From NCBI GenBank assembly GCA_013202925.1, contig JABMRA010000058.1, forward strand, positions 1-50,961: 50,961 nucleotides of DNA, written 5' to 3'. A program made the translations under genes and the position numbers. Under the pieces are notes generated by a model that saw only the letters and a program-made list of their open reading frames with translations, did no database searches and was not told the origin of the DNA. Shown one piece after another: positions 27,673 through 36,088 of the stretch. The stretch's first letter is position 1, and every line of letters begins with the position of its first letter. This DNA is from Candidatus Omnitrophota bacterium (GTDB taxonomy: Bacteria > Omnitrophota > Gorgyraeia > Gorgyraeales > Gorgyraeaceae).

Positions 27673-28748
27673 AAACCCTCCGATAGATACTTTGTAACTG
27701 CGTTAAAGACGGTGTTGACTGAAACCCCCTCCAGGCAAATCCTTTTATCGCACTTCGGCAGCTTGAAACGCTTATAGCACGGTCTGCATTCTACGTCTGA
27801 TGCAATGACCAGATTATCCCTGCCGGGCGGATACGGGCCGTAGACCTTTTCATCCACTGCGCCGAATATAGATAATGTCTTGACGCCCTGACTGGCAGCG
27901 ACGTGTAGCGGCCCTCCCTCGCTGCAGATCACCATCCTGCATCTTTTGCACAGGGCAGCCATCTCTCTTATGCTTGTCTTTGGCGCAATCAATGGCTTCT
28001 CATTCATGAGGCCTGCTATTTTTTCAACAAGATCTTTCTCCACAGGGCCCCATATTAAAATTATCCGGGCGTTGAATTTCTCGACGATCCTATCCGCGAG
28101 TTGGCTGAATCTCTCCGCTCCCCACCTTCGTCTCTCAATATTCCCTGCGCCAAAACTATAACCACCCCCAGGCGCAACGCCAATAAGCACATCCTCTGTT
28201 TTAATTCCGGATTTTTTTAAAAAGTCTCTTATATGCGCTTTGTCGTCGTCCGTAGGCAACAAGACTGTACCCTTGTCGCATATTGCTTGTCCCTTGTCGC
28301 TAACTAGATCCATATAATACTCAGCCACAGGCTTGTCATTGAACCCGTAAAAAGGGATTCTATGCGTGAGGAATCTGCCGCGACCCCTGTAATCAAAGCC
28401 CCTTCTCTCTTTTATGCCAACCATCCAGCATAAAAACGCATATTCCTTGCCCAGCGAAAGGTCAAACACCCGGTCAAATCTCTTCCTGCGGATCCTTTGC
28501 CAAAAATTGAAAAATTTCTTTATACACTCTATCTTTTTCTTATTCCAGAGCGCCCTGTACTCATCTCTTTCAAACACAAAAGTCTCTGCAACGTCAGGAT
28601 TGGTCTCGAGCATATCCTTTGTCCTACTATTACATATATAAGCTATATAGCACCCATGATAGGACCTTTTTAAGGCAGAAACCAGGGGAGTCGAAAACAA
28701 TACATCCCCTATCCCGAATGGGTTTATTATCAGTATCTTTTCCGTCAT
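27669..28748 (-). CDS. Family 9 glycosyltransferase (heptosyltransferase-like)
   Basis: [19 protein letters not shown]-terminus and a C-terminal EGGPLHVAA motif, 359 aa. Confidence 0.8.
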   Translation of the reverse strand: MTEKILIINPFGIGDVLFSTPLVSALKRSYHGCYIAYICNSRTKDMLETNPDVAETFVFERDEYRALWNKKKIECIKKFFNFWQRIRRKRFDRVFDLSLGKEYAFLCWMVGIKERRGFDYRGRGRFLTHRIPFYGFNDKPVAEYYMDLVSDKGQAICDKGTVLLPTDDDKAHIRDFLKKSGIKTEDVLIGVAPGGGYSFGAGNIERRRWGAERFSQLADRIVEKFNARIILIWGPVEKDLVEKIAGLMNEKPLIAPKTSIREMAALCKRCRMVICSEGGPLHVAASQGVKTLSIFGAVDEKVYGPYPPGRDNLVIASDVECRPCYKRFKLPKCDKRICLEGVSVNTVFNAVTKYLSEGL

Positions 28749-28825
28749 ATGGAAATATTATTGTATCATGAAACCCAAAATTAGACCATACCTTTTTGCC
28801 ATGCCTGGTTTTTCTGAACGCCTCA

Positions 28826-28854
28826 TTGCAATTACCTGTATTATCTGCTATACT
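28826..28854 (+). promoter_or_regulatory. sigma70-type promoter TTGCAA-17 nt-TATACT, ending 8 nt before the ATG at 28863 (leaderless or near-leaderless mRNA)
   Basis: -35 at 28826-28831, -10 at 28849-28854, and no SD between the -10 and the ATG. Confidence 0.5.
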
Positions 28855-28862
28855 CCTTTTCT

Positions 28863-29996
28863 ATGAGAAAGGACTTTAAGCAGGAATACCAGAAGGCCCA
28901 GGCAGAGCTGGCAATGCTCTATGAGATAGGCGATGCCATGCACACCACCCTCAACCTGGAGGAGATCCTTTATATAATACTCACTGCCGTGACGTCGCAT
29001 GCGGGCCTGAGCTTCAACAGGGCAATGCTTTTTCTGGTAAACGAGAAAGAGCAGCGGCTCGAGGGCAAGATGGGCATCGGGCCTGACAGCGACGAGGACG
29101 CAAGCGCGATATGGTCCCATATAGAAAAACACAAGTTGGGGTTTGACGATCTCATAGAGACGCAGAGTAAATTTGAACACCTGAAAAGATCCCAGCTGAA
29201 TAAAATTGTCCGATCAATAAAATTGCCTATAAAAGAAGAATCCGGCATAATGGCGCTCGCGGTAATGGAAGGCATGCCCTTTGCAATAAATACCGAGGAG
29301 GCAAAACAAAAGGCGCGGAATGAACTGCTTGAGCCCCTTAATCTCGAGAATTTTGTCGCAGTCCCCTTAAAGGTAACGGACAAGGTGACAGGCGTAATCG
29401 TAGCGGATAACCGATTCACAGGCAAGGCGATAATGCCAAACGACATCCGCATGCTTACGATGTTCGCTAACCAGGCAGGCCTTGCAATAGAAAACTCACG
29501 GCTTTACGAAAGGACTGTTGTCCTCTCCAATCAGGACTCCCTGACAGGGCTGTGGCACCACGGATATTTTCAGTATCTTCTGGGGGAGCACGTGAAAATG
29601 TCTGCTTCGAAAAAGCAGTGCTTTACCATGCTCATGATCGATATGGACAACTTTAAAGATTTTAATGACGGCCACGGGCATCAGGCTGGAGACGCCATTC
29701 TCAGGAACATCTCAGACATATTCAGGGATGTCTCAAGAAAGATAGATATCATCGCCCGCTACGGCGGCGAGGAATTTGCAATAATCCTCCCCAACACCAA
29801 GAAGGAAGAAGCGCTGTTCCTGGCTGAACGCCTGAGAAAATCCGTTGAGGAAAAGGATGTTATGAAGGGGCTGACCATCAGCATCGGCGTGGCATCATTC
29901 CCTGAGGACGGAGAGAAAAAGGAAGACCTTGTCTCGCAGGCGGACAAGGCGCTGTACGAGGCAAAAAGGACCGGTAAGAACAAAGTCTGCACCTGA
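28863..29996 (+). CDS. GAF-domain diguanylate cyclase (GGDEF) with an intact I-site
   Basis: GGEEF at 29763-29777. RKID (RxxD) at 29736-29747, exactly 5 residues upstream. N-terminal GAF-like region of about 200 aa. Confidence 0.88.
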   Translation: MRKDFKQEYQKAQAELAMLYEIGDAMHTTLNLEEILYIILTAVTSHAGLSFNRAMLFLVNEKEQRLEGKMGIGPDSDEDASAIWSHIEKHKLGFDDLIETQSKFEHLKRSQLNKIVRSIKLPIKEESGIMALAVMEGMPFAINTEEAKQKARNELLEPLNLENFVAVPLKVTDKVTGVIVADNRFTGKAIMPNDIRMLTMFANQAGLAIENSRLYERTVVLSNQDSLTGLWHHGYFQYLLGEHVKMSASKKQCFTMLMIDMDNFKDFNDGHGHQAGDAILRNISDIFRDVSRKIDIIARYGGEEFAIILPNTKKEEALFLAERLRKSVEEKDVMKGLTISIGVASFPEDGEKKEDLVSQADKALYEAKRTGKNKVCT

Positions 29997-30077
29997 CCCT
30001 GCCCCAAAAAAATCGCTCGTGTCCAAATTAGGTCTGCAATTACCGTCACTAAACGTATTTTGAGATTCGGTTTTACA

Positions 30078-30204
30078 TCGTCATTGCGAGTCGACTTAAA
30101 GTATTGACTCAGGAAGCCCGCTTCGCCCGCGAAGCGGGGCGAAGCAATCTCAGCTCACATGAGATTGCTTCGCAGGGTCAGTAAGAAGGGCACCTCGCAA
30201 TGAC
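30078..30204. mobile_element. Gene-less nested palindromic element (MITE-like) related to the GIY-YIG cassette ends
   Basis: Outer IR CGTCATTGCGAG (30078-30089) / CTCGCAATGACG (30193-30204). Inner 13-bp perfect IR GCGAAGCAATCTC (30138-30150) / GAGATTGCTTCGC (30160-30172) with a 9-nt loop. An extra GC hairpin lies at 30116-30137. Sits between convergent genes. Confidence 0.6.
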
Positions 30205-30261
30205 GGGGGGCGATTTCTCCATTAGACGCATATTTTGGACAGCTATGGACAAAAATGTAAA

Positions 30262-33200
30262 CTATTTTTTGGCAGCGGGTTCGCGCTTCCTGGCTTCGTG
30301 GAACTTCACTGAAACGACCTTAGAGACGCCTGACTGCTGCATGGTGATGCCGTACATCACGTCTGCCATGTCTATGGTCTTCTTGTTGTGGGTGATGATG
30401 ATGAACTGGGATGTCTTGGTGAATACCTCAAGCGAGCGCGAGAAGCGGTCAACGTTTGACTCGTCGAGCGGCGCGTCTATCTCGTCGAGCACGCAGAACG
30501 GGCTCGGCTTTACCTTGAATATTGCAAAGATAAGTGCTATGGCGGTGAGGGCCTTTTCCCCTCCTGAAAGAAGGGATACGTTCTGAAGCCGTTTTCCCGG
30601 AGGCCTTGCTGCTATCTCTATGCCTGACTCCAGGACATTGGATTCGTCCAGGAGTATCAGTTCGCCGTCCCCGCCGTTGAAAAGAAGCTTAAAGAACTTC
30701 CTGAACTCCACCTGTATACTCTTAAATGTCTCGATGAAAAGGTCTTTCGTGATCTTGTTTATCTTGGCTATGGCCTTTAAGAGCGCATCCTTTGCCTTTA
30801 ATAGATCATCGCATTGATGGGTCAGAAACGCGTATCTGTCGCGGAGCTCTGTCTGCTCCTCGATGGCCGCCAGATTCACGGCTCCCATGGAATCCAGTTT
30901 CGCGCGTTTCTCCTCCACCTCGTTCTTGAGCTGTGACTGCTCTATGTCCTGCCAGTCATTGGCAATCTGCACCTCGTCCAGGTCGAGTTTATAGACATCC
31001 TTTATGCGCTGTTTGAGACTGGTTATGCTGTAATTGGTCTCTGCCTTTTTAAGGTCTGTCTCGTGCAGGCTGGAACGAAGGTCATTGATCTCTTTTTCTG
31101 ACTGCCTGAAAACACCCTCGCTGCGCTCTATCTTCTGCATTATCTCCTTATACGCCTCTTCCACACCGCCGAGTTCTGTATTTTTATCAACACTATTCAT
31201 GGAAAGTGTTTCTATATTCTTCTCGAGATCCCATATCTCCTGTTCCAGCTCATTTACCTTGACGATAGAATCCTTTACTTCGATCTTTCGCGACTCCAGG
31301 CTGTCCTCCGCATCCTTTAAAGAGGATTCCAGTATGTTAAATGTGCTGGACAGGCCTTCTTTTTTGCTCTCCAGGGAGCCAAGTTCTGTCCTCTGCTCCG
31401 CAATCTCTATGAGGAGCTGTTCTTTTTCCTTTGTGAATTTCACGATCAGGTCTTCGCTCGTCTGTATCCTCTGTTCGTTAAGCTGGGCATCTTTTTCTGC
31501 CTGGGCCAGGGCAATGGCAACAGAGGCCTCTTCCTCCCTGAGCATCTTCATCTCAGTGGTCACCTCTTCTATCTCGAGGTTTACAAGAGAGATCTCGTCC
31601 ATGACGCCTTTTATATTTTCTTCAATATTGGAGCTCCGGCTCCTGGCATTGGCAAGGAGGATCTCTTTTTCATTCAAGTTCCTGCTCAGGTCCCCTAATT
31701 TGCTTTCTAACGCGGATTTTTTCTCCTCTGCCTTCGATCTTTCATCTTCTGCCCTTTGGGAATCTTTCTCGAGCACGGCTATTGCCTCTAAAAGCTCCTT
31801 TATCTGCGCGTCTCTATTTATGAGGGTGACGCCTTCTTTTGCCGCGCCGCCTCCGGAGATAAAACCGTTACGGACGATCTCTCCGATAAGCGTCACAAAG
31901 GCGCATTCTTTTGCCGAGCGGTTTTGTTTTAAAACATATTTTGCATCTTCCAGGTCCTTTACTATGAAGATATTTTTCAGGAGATCCTTTAACACGGGCT
32001 TAAGCCCCTGGTCTGCGTCTACGAAATCTACTGCCCTGCCCAGGACCTTTTCATCATTTAGATTTGCCTCTTTTACCTTTGCGGCGGTATCAAACGAACC
32101 AGGATGCATAAATGAGGTCCTGCCGCATGAATTTTCTTTTATAAAATCAACTGCCTTTTCTGCGGCCTCTGTGGTATCCACGATGACGCACTGCAGGTAA
32201 TCCTGGAGGGCTGATTCTATGGCTGCCTCGTAGCCCTTGTTCACGCTTAAGAGATTTGCCAGCACATCGCGCACGCCGTCTATGGCGCGTTGGCCTTCGG
32301 CCTCTCCGGCCTTTCCCATGATCGCCTTTACGCCTGAAGAAAATCCCTCATACCTTGCCTTTGCCTCTTCGAGCACCTCGAGCCGGGATTTATTTGTGGC
32401 CAGTATCCTGTGGGCCTCCTTTGAATCTTCTATTAGTTTTTCTACGCGGCTTGTCAGATCAGAAATGGCCTCAGAGATCTCGTCCTTTTCTTCCTTTAAG
32501 GAGGCTGCCTCGCCCTCTATGGAGCTGATTTCTTCTTTGGCTCCGCTGAGTTTGGCATCAAAGGTATTTTTTTCCTCCTGGACAGTTTGCTTTTCTGTAT
32601 TTAGCCTCTTGAGCCTGGCGTCATGCGTGGTCAGCGTAGTGGAGATCTTCGCTGCCTGGTTCCTTAATCTGGTCTCGTTCGATGCAATGTCTATTACATT
32701 TGCCTTTGAGGTGGAGATGGTTGTTTCATTGTCGGTTATGGCCTTTGAGGTCTCCTGCAGTCTCTTTTCTTTTTCTGAGAGTACAGTGGCGCGCTTCGTG
32801 TCCTCGCTCTCCAACACAGATAATTTTTCTCTCAAACTCGCCGCCTCTTTTTGTCGAGACTTCACGTTCTCTTGACTTTTCTCTATCTCGGATTCGAGGT
32901 CCACGCGCCTCTTCTTTAATTCGGCTATCCTCTCCCTGTTCATGGAAAGTTTATCCGTGGACTTTGATACCCCTGAATCCATCTCCATTATGCCGGATTT
33001 GAAATCCATCCTTCTGGTTTCGATCTCAGAGCGTTCCCTGTTCGATTGGGAAAGTTCGATGGAGAGTCTCTGCAATTCTGAATTGAGCGCTGCCTCTTTT
33101 GTCCTGAATTCATCCAGGTTATCATTGGTCCCTGAAAGTTTTTGATTCAATATCTCCAATTCTATCCTCGAGATCTTCAGTTCCAGTTCTTTCAATTCCT

Positions 33201-33858
33201 CGTACCTCTCCCTGTAGCGCTCTGCCTTTTTGGCCTGCCTCTCAATGGAATTTATCTGGCGTTTTACCTCCTGTATGATGTCGTTTATCCTGACGAGGTT
33301 CTGCTCTGTGTCATCGAGGCGGCGCATGGCCTCTCTCTTTTTTGCCTTGTATTTCGTGATGCCGCTGGCCTCTTCAAAGACCTCGCGCCTCTCTTCGGGT
33401 TTGGAGCTGAGGATCTGGTCGATGCGGCCCTGCTCGATAAGCGAATAGGCGCTGGTGCCGATGCCAGTGCCCATGAATAGTTCATTTATATCCTTTAACC
33501 TTACAGGGGTCTTGTTCAGCAGGTATTCGCTCTCGCCTGAGCGGTAGAGGCGGCGGGTGACAGTGATCTCGTCGTATTCGATAGGGAGCATGCGGTCCTG
33601 GTTGGCCAGCGTAAGGGAGACCTCGGCGTAGCTCACTGGCTCTTTGCCGTCGGTACCGTTGAATATCACGTCCTGCATGGCCCCGCCGCGCAACACCTTT
33701 GCGGACTGCTCTCCCAGCACCCACTTTATGGAGTCGGCAATGTTGGATTTGCCGCAGCCGTTCGGGCCCACAACAGCGGTTACGCCGGGCTCGAACTCCA
33801 GGCGTGTCCTCTCGGCAAACGACTTAAATCCGAACAATTCCAGTGATTTGAAATGCAT
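30262..33858 (-). CDS. smc: Chromosome partition protein Smc
   Basis: N-terminal FKSF...GPNGCGKSN Walker A, long coiled coils, hinge, C-terminal LSGGEKALTAIAL...VLDEIDAPLD; 1198 aa. Confidence 0.95.
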   Translation of the reverse strand: MHFKSLELFGFKSFAERTRLEFEPGVTAVVGPNGCGKSNIADSIKWVLGEQSAKVLRGGAMQDVIFNGTDGKEPVSYAEVSLTLANQDRMLPIEYDEITVTRRLYRSGESEYLLNKTPVRLKDINELFMGTGIGTSAYSLIEQGRIDQILSSKPEERREVFEEASGITKYKAKKREAMRRLDDTEQNLVRINDIIQEVKRQINSIERQAKKAERYRERYEELKELELKISRIELEILNQKLSGTNDNLDEFRTKEAALNSELQRLSIELSQSNRERSEIETRRMDFKSGIMEMDSGVSKSTDKLSMNRERIAELKKRRVDLESEIEKSQENVKSRQKEAASLREKLSVLESEDTKRATVLSEKEKRLQETSKAITDNETTISTSKANVIDIASNETRLRNQAAKISTTLTTHDARLKRLNTEKQTVQEEKNTFDAKLSGAKEEISSIEGEAASLKEEKDEISEAISDLTSRVEKLIEDSKEAHRILATNKSRLEVLEEAKARYEGFSSGVKAIMGKAGEAEGQRAIDGVRDVLANLLSVNKGYEAAIESALQDYLQCVIVDTTEAAEKAVDFIKENSCGRTSFMHPGSFDTAAKVKEANLNDEKVLGRAVDFVDADQGLKPVLKDLLKNIFIVKDLEDAKYVLKQNRSAKECAFVTLIGEIVRNGFISGGGAAKEGVTLINRDAQIKELLEAIAVLEKDSQRAEDERSKAEEKKSALESKLGDLSRNLNEKEILLANARSRSSNIEENIKGVMDEISLVNLEIEEVTTEMKMLREEEASVAIALAQAEKDAQLNEQRIQTSEDLIVKFTKEKEQLLIEIAEQRTELGSLESKKEGLSSTFNILESSLKDAEDSLESRKIEVKDSIVKVNELEQEIWDLEKNIETLSMNSVDKNTELGGVEEAYKEIMQKIERSEGVFRQSEKEINDLRSSLHETDLKKAETNYSITSLKQRIKDVYKLDLDEVQIANDWQDIEQSQLKNEVEEKRAKLDSMGAVNLAAIEEQTELRDRYAFLTHQCDDLLKAKDALLKAIAKINKITKDLFIETFKSIQVEFRKFFKLLFNGGDGELILLDESNVLESGIEIAARPPGKRLQNVSLLSGGEKALTAIALIFAIFKVKPSPFCVLDEIDAPLDESNVDRFSRSLEVFTKTSQFIIITHNKKTIDMADVMYGITMQQSGVSKVVSVKFHEARKREPAAKK

Positions 33859-33860
33859 AA

Positions 33861-33895
33861 TTCGTCGTTCGTGATTCGTCGTTCGTGATTCGTGA
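33861..33895. repeat. Tandem repeat: 14-bp unit TTCGTCGTTCGTGA x2.5 (heptad TTCGTSR x5), starting 3 nt upstream of the smc ATG
   Basis: Read directly: 33861-33874, 33875-33888, 33889-33895. Confidence 0.9.
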
Positions 33896-33930
33896 TTTGA
33901 TACGAGACACGAGCCACAAACAAAAAATCA

Positions 33931-35139
33931 CTATTTTTTTAGTACTTCCTTGAATTTCTTTGTCAATTCCGGCAAGACCTCAAAGAGATCAGCCACTATG
34001 CCGTAAGTCGCCACGTTAAAAATCGGCGCATGCGGGTCTTTGTTTATTGCCACTATTATATTCGACGACTGCATGCCCACGAGATGCTGGATCTGTCCTG
34101 AGATGCCGCACGCGATATATATCTTGGGGCACACGGTCTTGCCTGTCTGGCCGACCTGATGCGAATAACTCTTCCACCCGGCATCCACTGCGGCCCGGGA
34201 AGAGCCGACTGCGCCGCCCAGGACCTTTGCCAGGCCCTCTATTAGTTTAAAATTTTCCGGTTTCTGCAGGCCTCTTCCGCCTGAGACAATGATGTCTGCC
34301 TCTGTAAGATTAACTGTCTCCTCTATTTCCTCAACGATATCCAGGAGTTTTGTGCGCGAATAATATGTGTCGCCCTCGTAGCTGACCTCGATGATCTTGC
34401 CTCTGTGGTGATTGTTTATTTCGGCCTCCTTCATCACCTTGTGCCTCACTGTTGCCATCTGGGGACGGTGATTAGGGCAAATGATCGTGGCCATGATGTT
34501 GCCGCCGAACGCGGGACGTGTCTGCAGGAGCAGGCGATTCTCTTTGTCGATGTCCAGGCCTGTGCAGTCTGCTGTAAGGCCTGCATGGATCCCTATTGCC
34601 ACGCGGGATATCATTGACCTGCCGATGAAGGTTGCGCCGCAGAGGACTATCTCCGGCCTGTACTCCTTTATCAATTTGACCAATGTCTTTGAATAGGGTT
34701 CGCTCTGATAATGTTTGAGCTTTGGCGAATCCACATGGTAGACCCTGTTCGCTCCCCGATGAATAATCTTCTGCGCCTCCTGCTTCATGTTCTCGCCCAG
34801 GAGCACGCCGCACAGATCAACGCCGAGGATGTCCGCAAGTTCCCTGCCCTTTCCCAGAAGTTCGTACGAGATGCTCTGGATAACGCTGTTTTTCTGCTCG
34901 CAAAACACCCAGATGTCCTTGTGCTCTTCGAGTTTTTTTGGAAAATCTATGTCTGACGGGCTTATCTTGGTAAGCACTATCGCATCAAATTTGCACGGTT
35001 CTATGCAGGCGCCGCACAGGGTGCATTTGTCCAGGTCAATGACTGCCTTTTTCTTCACCCATTCAATGGCTGCGAAAGGACATGCCTTGATGCACAGCTT
35101 GCAACCCGTACATTTCTCATTAATAATCTTTATCGACAT
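33931..35139 (-). CDS. etfA: Electron transfer flavoprotein alpha subunit with an N-terminal 2x[4Fe-4S] ferredoxin domain
   Basis: CTGCKLCIKACP and CTLCGACIEPCK cluster motifs in the first ~60 aa, then an EtfA/FixB body, 402 aa. Confidence 0.9.
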   Translation of the reverse strand: MSIKIINEKCTGCKLCIKACPFAAIEWVKKKAVIDLDKCTLCGACIEPCKFDAIVLTKISPSDIDFPKKLEEHKDIWVFCEQKNSVIQSISYELLGKGRELADILGVDLCGVLLGENMKQEAQKIIHRGANRVYHVDSPKLKHYQSEPYSKTLVKLIKEYRPEIVLCGATFIGRSMISRVAIGIHAGLTADCTGLDIDKENRLLLQTRPAFGGNIMATIICPNHRPQMATVRHKVMKEAEINNHHRGKIIEVSYEGDTYYSRTKLLDIVEEIEETVNLTEADIIVSGGRGLQKPENFKLIEGLAKVLGGAVGSSRAAVDAGWKSYSHQVGQTGKTVCPKIYIACGISGQIQHLVGMQSSNIIVAINKDPHAPIFNVATYGIVADLFEVLPELTKKFKEVLKK

Positions 35140-35186
35140 ATAATCACCAGAAAAAACCGGTGTTTGTGGAAAGTGTAAGGTGAAAG

Positions 35187-35213
35187 GTGAAAAGCAAGTC
35201 TTGCACTTTTCAC
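35187..35213. repeat. Imperfect hairpin built from GTGAAAG-type repeats in the etfB-etfA spacer
   Basis: Core 8-bp stem GTGAAAAG (35187-35194) / CTTTTCAC (35206-35213). Flanking GTGAAAGG repeats extend it imperfectly to about 35173-35227. Confidence 0.6.
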
Positions 35214-35231
35214 TTTTAACCTTTCACTAAC

Positions 35232-36026
35232 TTAGATCACCTCGTTCTTTAACAGCCCGACGAGTTTCTGACTGATCTCTGCGGCATCGCCCTCTAAGAT
35301 CTGGCCCTTTTTCCTGGGCGGCGGCGTAAATATCTTTACTACCTTTGTAGGAGAACCATTGAGCCCTATCAGATCAGGGTCGAGGTCCAGGTCCTTTGCC
35401 TCCCATTTTTTTATCTCAGCCTTTTTGGCGCGCATCTTGCCTTTTAAAGACGGCAGGCGCGGCTCATTTATCTCTTTTACAACTGTAATAAGACACGGCA
35501 TCGGCGATTCAATGATCTCATAGCCCTCTTCGGTCATGCGCTCTGCGCGCATATGTTTATTTTCGGGGCCGAGATTCACCTCCTCGATCTTCTTCACGTA
35601 TGTAATCTGAGGGATGTCGAGGTGTGATGAGATCCCTGGCCCTACCTGCGCGGTATCGCCGTCGATCGCCTGTTTTCCGCAGATCACCAGATCATAATCG
35701 CCTATTTTATGAATGGACCTTGAAAGCGTATAACTTGTAGCCCATGTGTCACTGCCTGCAAACGCGCGGTCTGAGACAAGTATTACCTCGTCAGCGCCGA
35801 GCGAGACTGCCTCGCGCAATGCCTCTTCTGCCTGGGGCGGCCCCATTGTCAGGACAGTCACCCTGCCTCCGAACTTTTCCTTCAGGCGTATGGCCTCTTC
35901 GATAGCGTACATGTCAAACGGATTTATGATAGACGCTACCCCGCTCCTGATAAGCGTGTTTGTCTCAGGATCTATCCTTACATCTGTTGTATCAGGGACC
36001 TGCTTAATGCATACTATTATATTCAT
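35232..36026 (-). CDS. etfB: Electron transfer flavoprotein beta subunit
   Basis: MNIIVCIKQVPD start, 264 aa, adjacent to etfA and acyl-CoA dehydrogenase. Confidence 0.93.
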   Translation of the reverse strand: MNIIVCIKQVPDTTDVRIDPETNTLIRSGVASIINPFDMYAIEEAIRLKEKFGGRVTVLTMGPPQAEEALREAVSLGADEVILVSDRAFAGSDTWATSYTLSRSIHKIGDYDLVICGKQAIDGDTAQVGPGISSHLDIPQITYVKKIEEVNLGPENKHMRAERMTEEGYEIIESPMPCLITVVKEINEPRLPSLKGKMRAKKAEIKKWEAKDLDLDPDLIGLNGSPTKVVKIFTPPPRKKGQILEGDAAEISQKLVGLLKNEVI

Positions 36027-36046
36027 CGTCTAAATAGCACCCCAAA

Positions 36047-36087
36047 ATGCTTGCCCATTTAGTCCTGGACTGAAGTGTCAAGCATTC
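36047..36087. repeat. Imperfect palindrome of the AATGCTTGaCA...TGTCAAGCATT family (inner TTTAGTCCtgGACTgAAG)
   Basis: Read directly in the acd-etfB spacer. Outer arm AATGCTTG and inner TAGTCC/GGACT are shared with the palindrome at 42073-42105. Confidence 0.8.
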
Positions 36088-36088
36088 G

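Noticed and set aside
31034-32200. 388-aa plus-strand ORF (and others at 32237-32875, 30200-30586 and 33142-33480) antisense to smc
   Set aside because: The translations are Ser/Phe/Leu-rich and low complexity. That is the mirror image of the Glu/Lys/Leu-rich coiled-coil codons of smc. There is no SD or motif, and the ORFs are entirely nested in a confidently called gene.
30262-33858. Could the SMC protein be part of a defence system (Wadjet JetC, Lamassu LmuB, etc.)?
   Set aside because: It has full-length canonical SMC architecture (about 1200 aa, hinge, signature motif). It has no JetA/B/D or LmuA-like neighbours, and the flanks are housekeeping genes.
36047-36087. Do the TTGACA-containing palindromes (36047, 42073, 42200, 40448, 49189) act as promoters?
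   Set aside because: Each contains TTGACA on both strands. In none is there an acceptable -10 hexamer 16-18 nt downstream on the coding strand. Genuine promoter candidates were found separately at 42156-42184, 49126-49154, 38245-38272 and 7111-7139.
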